Assembly: GCA_001873745.1 (NCBI GenBank) | Contig: MNZQ01000045.1 | Location: 1-43,857 of the forward strand | Direction: 5' to 3' | DNA length: 43,857 nucleotides | DNA from: Syntrophaceae bacterium CG2_30_58_14 | GTDB lineage: Bacteria > Desulfobacterota > Syntrophia > Syntrophales > UBA5619 | Shown here: positions 37,306 to 43,857 of the stretch, one piece after another | Layout: every line of letters starts with the position of its first letter | Numbering within the stretch: the first letter of the stretch is position 1 | Notes under the pieces: generated by a model | Seen by the model: the letters and a program-made list of their open reading frames with translations, nothing else | What the model was told of the DNA's origin: nothing | Database searches by the model: none | Program-made: the position numbers and the translations under genes

Positions 37306-38017
37306 TCCGGTTTTCCCAGTAGATGATCCGGTTGCAGTTCGGACAGGTGGTCAGCAAGACCGATTTCTGCAATTCATTGTACAACTGGGGAGGAATGGAC
37401 ATGTGACACCCGTCGCAGACCTCCTTCCAAACCGCAACCACCGCTACGCCGCGCCCGACGCTTTTGATCTGCTCGTATTTCCGGAGGATCTCGGCCGGGA
37501 TCTCCTTTTTCAGTTCACTGCCCTTCCGGACGCAGACATTCAGTTCCCCCGCAAGGGAGTTCAGCTCCGCCTCCAAACTCGCCTTTTCCTCTTCATAGAG
37601 CCGGCGATGGGCTTCCAGTTCCCCCTCGCCGGTCTTCAGCGCGGTTTCAAGACGGTCGATCTCATCGAGGAGGGAGATCATCTCATCCTCCAGGCGGCTG
37701 TTCTTTACCTCAAAAGCTTCGATCTCTTTCAGCATCGCCTGATACTCTTTGTTCGTCTTGACCTCAAAGAGCCTCTCCCGCGTCCGCTTCAGCGCCTCCT
37801 GCCCCGCCTGCAACTGGGCGTCCTTCTCGCGCCTGCGTTTCCGCAAGCCTTCCAGTTGCTCCCGCTCGGTATCCACAACCGCCGAAAATGACTTGAATTC
37901 CTCCTCCAGCGTTTTCATCCGGACCGGAAGGTCCTTCTCCTTTGCCTGAATTCCGCCTGCCGCCGATTCAATCTTCTGCAGTTCGATCAGGCGCGCCAAC
38001 TGTTCTTTCAACCGCAT
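37298..38017 (-). CDS. Coiled-coil protein with C4-type zinc ribbon (CT398/HP0958-like)
   Basis: LIELQKIE, VKTNKEY, CDGCHM...CPNCNRII. Confidence 0.93.
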   Translation of the reverse strand: MRLKEQLARLIELQKIESAAGGIQAKEKDLPVRMKTLEEEFKSFSAVVDTEREQLEGLRKRRREKDAQLQAGQEALKRTRERLFEVKTNKEYQAMLKEIEAFEVKNSRLEDEMISLLDEIDRLETALKTGEGELEAHRRLYEEEKASLEAELNSLAGELNVCVRKGSELKKEIPAEILRKYEQIKSVGRGVAVVAVWKEVCDGCHMSIPPQLYNELQKSVLLTTCPNCNRIIYWENRNG

Positions 38018-38052
38018 CCCCCTTTCCTTGATTCTTCACCGGGGCGTCTGAT

Positions 38053-38083
38053 AAAAAAAATGCACCAGCCACTGGTGCATTTT
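38053..38083 (-). terminator. Rho-independent (potentially bidirectional) terminator downstream of tRNA
   Basis: A8-TGCACCAG-CCA-CTGGTGCA-TTTT. Confidence 0.85.
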
Positions 38084-38176
38084 ACGAGGCTACCCTGCTT
38101 CCCCGCTTTGTCGCTCCTGTGATCATCCATGAAAATCCGCGTCTCACGCACTCCTTCTCCCCTTGTTCTTCATCCC

Positions 38177-38252
38177 TGGTGGGCCCACCTGGATTCGAAC
38201 CAGGGACCGACCGGTTATGAGCCGGTGGCTCTACCAGTTGAGCTATGGGCCC
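38177..38252 (-). tRNA. tRNA with CAU anticodon, most likely tRNA-Ile2 (lysidine-modified)
   Basis: GGGCCCATAGCTCAACTGGTAGAGCCACCGGCTCATAACCGGTCGGTCCCTGGTTCGAATCCAGGTGGGCCCACCA; 76 nt, G1-C72 pair, encoded CCA, next to rpoD. Confidence 0.95.
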
Positions 38253-38287
38253 TTTCCGGGATGAATTCAGCTTTGATCGATGGAGGC

Positions 38288-38317
38288 TTATTAATACCCA
38301 TCACCGGATCTTGTCAA
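38288..38317 (-). promoter_or_regulatory. Probable tRNA promoter
   Basis: TTGACA (38317-38312) followed by an AT-rich TATTAATAA block; exact -10 register ambiguous. Confidence 0.5.
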
Positions 38318-38321
38318 TATT

Positions 38322-40073
<1,752 letters not shown>

Positions 40074-40093
40074 ATCGGTTTCTCCCGGTACTT

Positions 40094-40145
40094 GGGGACA
40101 TGATGCCGCATCGTGTCCCCACCATGATGCCGCATCGTGTCCCCA
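40094..40145. repeat. REP-like palindrome with partial tandem duplication in the dnaG-rpoD spacer
   Basis: GGGGACATGATGCCGCATCGTGTCCCC (40094-40120); CATGATGCCGCATCGTGTCCCCA repeated at 40099-40121 and 40123-40145. Confidence 0.8.
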
Positions 40146-40206
40146 TCCATCAGCCGTCCCGTTCTCAGACCGGCCGCTGCTTCTCATTAATAAATTCCCG
40201 CACAAC

Positions 40207-42015
40207 TCAGGCCAGCCTTTTCTCTTCCTGAAAAAGCCTTTCCTTTTCCCGGAGGAGGCTGTCGCACAACTCGCGGTCTCCGGCTTCCTCGGCCTTAACG
40301 ATCTTCCCCTTTAATATCCGGTGGCGTTCTTTATACCATTTCCGCCGAATCTTCCGGAGGGTATCGGCAATGAGGCGGTCGATCAGTTCCTCCGGATAGG
40401 GGCTCTCCCCCATCAACAGGTTGAGGAGCCTCGCCCTCACCGGCCCCTCCTCCAGGCCATGGACGAGAGAATATATGTCCGGTATCGCCCCGTCCTGTTT
40501 CTCCGCGGCCGTCAGAAGCCTCTCACCCAGCGACCGCAGCTCTTCCGATGTGAAACAGGCCAGCACCCCGGACGCCCCCACCGCCGGAATCCGGTCCGGA
40601 CATTCCAGCATCATGTGAATCAGGCTCAACTCCAGATGATCCGGTTGGGGACACGATCCGGATCGTGTCCCCTCGGATCCTTTTTTCATCTGGGCGGCAA
40701 GCGGCGCCGCCTCATGGGAAAGGACGCGCCGGACCTCCGCCTTCAGGACCTCCTGATCGACGTTCAGCTTCTCCGCCACCTTCTTGATGAACAGGTTCCT
40801 CTCGACGGCGTCCCCGATCCGGCAAAGGAAGGCAACGGCCTCCCTGAGTTTGTCCCGGTCCTCCTCTAAGGTCCCCCTTCCACCGAGGATCTCGTCAATG
40901 TAGTAATCGACCATCGGCACGGCCCGGGCCACCAGCTCCTCCATCTTTTCGCGCCCCCGCGTGCGGACAAAGTCGTCCGGGTCATGGCCGTCGGGGAGGA
41001 TGACCGCCTTTGCATGGACATTCCCCGCCAAAAACAGCTCCAGGCTTCTCGCTAGCGCCTTCCGACCCGCCTCGTCCGGATCGAATACAGCGGCCACGCG
41101 GGGCGCGTAACGCCGGAGCAGATCGACTTGGGCCCGGGTCAGGGCGGTTCCCAGCGTGGCCACGACATTTTGAATGCCTGCGCCCCAGAGGGCGATCAGG
41201 TCGAAATAGCCCTCGACCATCAGCGAAAAACCGGCCTGCCGGATCGCCTCCCGCGTCCGGGAAAGCCCGTAGAGGTTGTTTCCCTTCGTGTAAACCGGCG
41301 ACTCGGGGGAATTCATGTACTTGGGCTCTTCCGCACCCATGACCCGGCCGCCGAAGGCGATCACGTGACCGTCAACATCCTCGATGGGGATCATCAGTCG
41401 TCCGCGGAACCGGTCGTAATGACCTCTGGCCCCCTCTCCGGCCCGCGGAATCGCAAGGCCTGCCTGTTCGCTGAGCTTCGGCGGAATCCCTTTCTTATCA
41501 AGGAAATCGAGGAGGTTTTGCCATCCCTCCGGGGCAAAGCCGAGTCGAAACGTGCGGATGGCCTCCGCTCCGATCCCTCTATTCCGAAGATACGCCCTTC
41601 CCCCCGCACCCGCCGGGGACTGGAGCGCCCTCGCAAAATAGTCCGCGGCAAGTTCGTTGACCCGGCGGATCTGTTCCCCAAGTGTACTGCGTTCGCGCTC
41701 CTCGCGGTTCAGAGGCCGGTCCGGAATGACGACCCCGACCTTTCCCGCCAACTGGCGGACCGCCTCCGGAAAGGTCAGATGGTTCAGCTTCATCAGGAAA
41801 GAGACGCCGTTCCCCCCCTCGCTGCAGCCGAAGCAGTAGAACATCTGTTTATCGGGGCTCACCGTAAAGGATGGGGTCTTCTCCCTGTGAAAGGGACAGA
41901 GCCCGAGATAATTCCTTCCCGCCTTCTTCAGGGTCACATACTCCCCGATCAGCGAAACGATATCGGTCCGTCTCCGGACTTCTTCGATCTTATCCTCGGG
42001 AATCGAACCCTTCAA
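40207..42015 (-). CDS. dnaG: DNA primase
   Basis: [51 protein letters not shown]. Confidence 0.97.
   Translation of the reverse strand: MKGSIPEDKIEEVRRRTDIVSLIGEYVTLKKAGRNYLGLCPFHREKTPSFTVSPDKQMFYCFGCSEGGNGVSFLMKLNHLTFPEAVRQLAGKVGVVIPDRPLNREERERSTLGEQIRRVNELAADYFARALQSPAGAGGRAYLRNRGIGAEAIRTFRLGFAPEGWQNLLDFLDKKGIPPKLSEQAGLAIPRAGEGARGHYDRFRGRLMIPIEDVDGHVIAFGGRVMGAEEPKYMNSPESPVYTKGNNLYGLSRTREAIRQAGFSLMVEGYFDLIALWGAGIQNVVATLGTALTRAQVDLLRRYAPRVAAVFDPDEAGRKALARSLELFLAGNVHAKAVILPDGHDPDDFVRTRGREKMEELVARAVPMVDYYIDEILGGRGTLEEDRDKLREAVAFLCRIGDAVERNLFIKKVAEKLNVDQEVLKAEVRRVLSHEAAPLAAQMKKGSEGTRSGSCPQPDHLELSLIHMMLECPDRIPAVGASGVLACFTSEELRSLGERLLTAAEKQDGAIPDIYSLVHGLEEGPVRARLLNLLMGESPYPEELIDRLIADTLRKIRRKWYKERHRILKGKIVKAEEAGDRELCDSLLREKERLFQEEKRLA
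40647..40672. repeat. Perfect 26-bp REP-like palindrome inside dnaG
   Basis: GGGGACACGATCCGGATCGTGTCCCC, same family as 40094-40120. Confidence 0.85.
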
Positions 42016-42063
42016 ACGCCACGCCCCCTGTCCGTCCGTTGAGGCTGCCCTTTCAAGGCCCCC

Positions 42064-42510
42064 CTATGCGGACAATCTAAGCTTGACTTTTTCGCCGACC
42101 GTCTTGCCGTCGGCCTTTCCGGTCACCTTCGGCATGAGGACCTTCATCACCTTCCCCATGTCCCGGACGCCCGCGGCGCCCGTCTCCCGGATCGCCTCGG
42201 CGATGATTGCATCGACTTCCGTTTCCGACATCTGCGCCGGCATGAACTCCTGGATCACCCTGAGTTCCGCCTCTTCCTTTTCCACGAGATCGGTTCGGCC
42301 GCCCTTTTCAAACTGTTCAATCGACTCCTTCCGCTGCTTGACCATCGCGGAGAGAAGCTGGAGGAATTCGGCCTCGGAAAGCTCGCGCTTCAGATCGATT
42401 TCCCGGTTGTGCAGACCGCTTTTCAACATCCGCAGGGCCGAGAGCCGGATCTTGTCCCGCGCTTTGGCCGCCAGGATCATCTCCTGATCCATCTTTTTCT
42501 TGAGAGTCAT
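42064..42510 (-). CDS. yqeY: GatB/YqeY domain protein
   Basis: KQRKESIEQFEKGGRTDL, DMGKVM, GKADG. Confidence 0.94.
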   Translation of the reverse strand: MTLKKKMDQEMILAAKARDKIRLSALRMLKSGLHNREIDLKRELSEAEFLQLLSAMVKQRKESIEQFEKGGRTDLVEKEEAELRVIQEFMPAQMSETEVDAIIAEAIRETGAAGVRDMGKVMKVLMPKVTGKADGKTVGEKVKLRLSA

Positions 42511-42534
42511 GGTTTACAGATCTCCATTTTGCTT

Positions 42535-42562
42535 AAGCTATCTCATCTTCCCGCTTTGTCAA
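42535..42562 (-). promoter_or_regulatory. Probable sigma70-type promoter for yqeY-dnaG-rpoD
   Basis: TTGACA (42562-42557), 16 bp, TAGCTT (42540-42535). Confidence 0.55.
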
Positions 42563-42578
42563 TGGGACAAGGCCATAT

Positions 42579-42923
42579 TCAGGCCAGATCGTCCCGGAGT
42601 TTTCGGCCGCCCAACAGGTGCATGTGGAGATGAAAAACCACCTGCCCCCCCTCCTCATTGCAGTTGATCACCAACCGGAAACCCCTTGCGTCAACCTCTT
42701 TTAGCCGGGCGACCGCCCGGGCCGCGACCATCATGGCCTGGAGATCCGCCATTCCCTCCGCATCCGCGTCCATCAGCGTGGCAATATGTCTCCTGGGGAT
42801 GAGGATGATGTGGGTCGGGGCCATGGGGTGGATATCCTCGAAGGCTACGACCCGCTCATCTTCATACACCTTCCGGCAGGGAATCGTTCCCGCCGCAATC
42901 TTGCAGAAAATGCACTCCTCCAT
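42579..42923 (-). CDS. hinT: Histidine triad nucleotide-binding protein
   Basis: CIFCKI, AFEDIHPMAPTH, GGQVVFHLHMHLLGGR; AGGAGG RBS before ATG 42923. Confidence 0.94.
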   Translation of the reverse strand: MEECIFCKIAAGTIPCRKVYEDERVVAFEDIHPMAPTHIILIPRRHIATLMDADAEGMADLQAMMVAARAVARLKEVDARGFRLVINCNEEGGQVVFHLHMHLLGGRKLRDDLA

Positions 42924-42966
42924 GCTTCCCACCTCCTTCCTTCCGGATGAAACACCCTGGCGTACA

Positions 42967-42994
42967 CCTCACGCCTCATCCCTCACCCCTCTTG
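42967..42994. repeat. Heptamer tandem repeat at the hisA 3' end
   Basis: CCTCACG CCTCATC CCTCACC CCTCTTG. Confidence 0.65.
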
Positions 42995-43709
42995 CGCAGT
43001 CGATAGCCTCTGCGAGGGACAACGCGCCTGTATAGAGGGCCTTCCCCGCAATCACACCGAGAACACCCTGTTTTTCCAATGGCTTGAGCCTCTCGATATC
43101 CCGGATCCCGGAGACGCCGCCGGAGGCGATCACCGGAATCCCGACCGCTTTGGCCAGTTCCCCCGTTGCCTCGACGTTGACGCCGTTTTCCATACCGTCC
43201 CGGGCAATATCCGTATAGACCAGGGCTGCAGGCCGGTCGTCGACAAACCGGAGCGCCAGCGCCAGTGCGGTCTCTTCCGTCTTTTCCGTCCATCCACGAA
43301 CGGCGACGCGCCCGCCGACCGCATCGATCCCCAGGATCACCTGCCCCGGAAACGCGCGGCAGACCTCCCGGACAAACCCCGGATCGCTCTGGGCGGCCGT
43401 GCCGAGAATCACCCACCGCACCCCGCTTTGGAGATAGGTCTCCACCGTCTTCATGGTCCGGATCCCTCCCCCCACCTGGACCGGCAGTCCCGTCCCCGCC
43501 ACAATCCTCCGGATCACCCCCTCATGACGGGGAGCGCCGGCAAGCGAACCGTCCAGATCGACCACATGCAGGCGTTTGGCGCCCTGTTGCTTCCAGACGG
43601 AGGCCATGATCACCGGATCGTCCGCATAAACCGTCGTCCGCCCGAAGTCCCCCTGGGCCAGACGCACACAACGGCCATCCTTCAGATCGATGGCGGGAAT
43701 GACAATCAT
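42969..43709 (-). CDS. hisA: ProFAR isomerase
   Basis: IPAIDLKDGRCVRL, LHVVDLDG, QVGGGIR, YTDIARDG, IASGG, GKALY. Confidence 0.97.
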   Translation of the reverse strand: MIVIPAIDLKDGRCVRLAQGDFGRTTVYADDPVIMASVWKQQGAKRLHVVDLDGSLAGAPRHEGVIRRIVAGTGLPVQVGGGIRTMKTVETYLQSGVRWVILGTAAQSDPGFVREVCRAFPGQVILGIDAVGGRVAVRGWTEKTEETALALALRFVDDRPAALVYTDIARDGMENGVNVEATGELAKAVGIPVIASGGVSGIRDIERLKPLEKQGVLGVIAGKALYTGALSLAEAIDCARGVRDEA

Positions 43710-43754
43710 CAAGCGATCTCCCCTTAAAACCAATACTGTTCATTTAAGGCTTAA

Positions 43755-43830
43755 CCGTTCGCCCTGAGCTTGTCGAAGGGTGGACGGTAAGTGCTAAGGA
43801 CTGAGTGCTCAGTCCTCAGCACTTAGTCCT
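43755..43830. repeat. REP-like CCCTGAGCTTGTCGAAGGG hairpin followed by a heptamer-built long hairpin
   Basis: CCGTTCGCCCTGAGCTTGTCGAAGGGTGGACGG (43755-43787), then TAAGTGCT-A-AGGACTGAG-TG-CTCAGTCCT-C-AGCACTTA. Confidence 0.7.
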
Positions 43831-43857
43831 TTTATGGCAGGCCGGGGAAGGTCTTCA

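Noticed and set aside
36870-37322. ORFs overlapping rnpB, including the long N-terminal extension of engB
   Set aside because: Region is explained by RNase P RNA and its terminator.
38177-38252. Initiator tRNA-Met, or tRNA used as an integration site
   Set aside because: G1-C72 pair and no GGG/CCC anticodon stem exclude the initiator; no integrase or duplicated tRNA 3' end in the window.
40074-40205. 44-aa N-terminal extension of RpoD with WGHDAAS repeats
   Set aside because: Translation of the REP-like duplication; a good RBS precedes ATG 40073.
43832-43857. Possible 3' end of an upstream minus-strand gene (KTFPGLP-stop), perhaps hisH
   Set aside because: Too short to support a call.

Overview
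A 43.9-kb GC-rich chromosomal segment; gene content and order suggest an anaerobic deltaproteobacterium (Syntrophales/Desulfobacterota-like; this is inference). Left part (1-17.2 kb) is a mosaic of accessory genes: a 5'-truncated TPR-CHAT protein, a lone rfbB, a visibly more AT-rich three-gene signalling island (SAM methyltransferase convergent on a PilZ-PilZ-GNAT-like protein coupled to a V4R-GAF-PAS hybrid kinase), a crotonase and a rubrerythrin/ferritin-like gene, a ParD/ParE-like toxin-antitoxin pair, a decaying RNase Z-like/PflX/DUF2784/pcm/spermidine-synthase-like operon, and an IHF/HU gene. Three short MITE-like elements with a shared palindromic core occur here; one demonstrably interrupts the signal-peptide coding region of pcm (4-bp target duplication). 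Middle part (17.3-36.0 kb, minus strand) is an MrpA-less Mrp antiporter operon followed by a complex I-like operon that lacks nuoEFG and has nuoL replaced by a paralogous three-gene Mrp module whose last subunit carries a NuoL-type tail. Right part is housekeeping: engB, rnpB, zinc-ribbon protein, tRNA-Ile2(CAU), rpoD (region 4.2 unusually degenerate), dnaG, yqeY, HIT, hisA. No CRISPR array, transposase or integrase was seen. All family calls are from motif recognition by eye, not from database searches.
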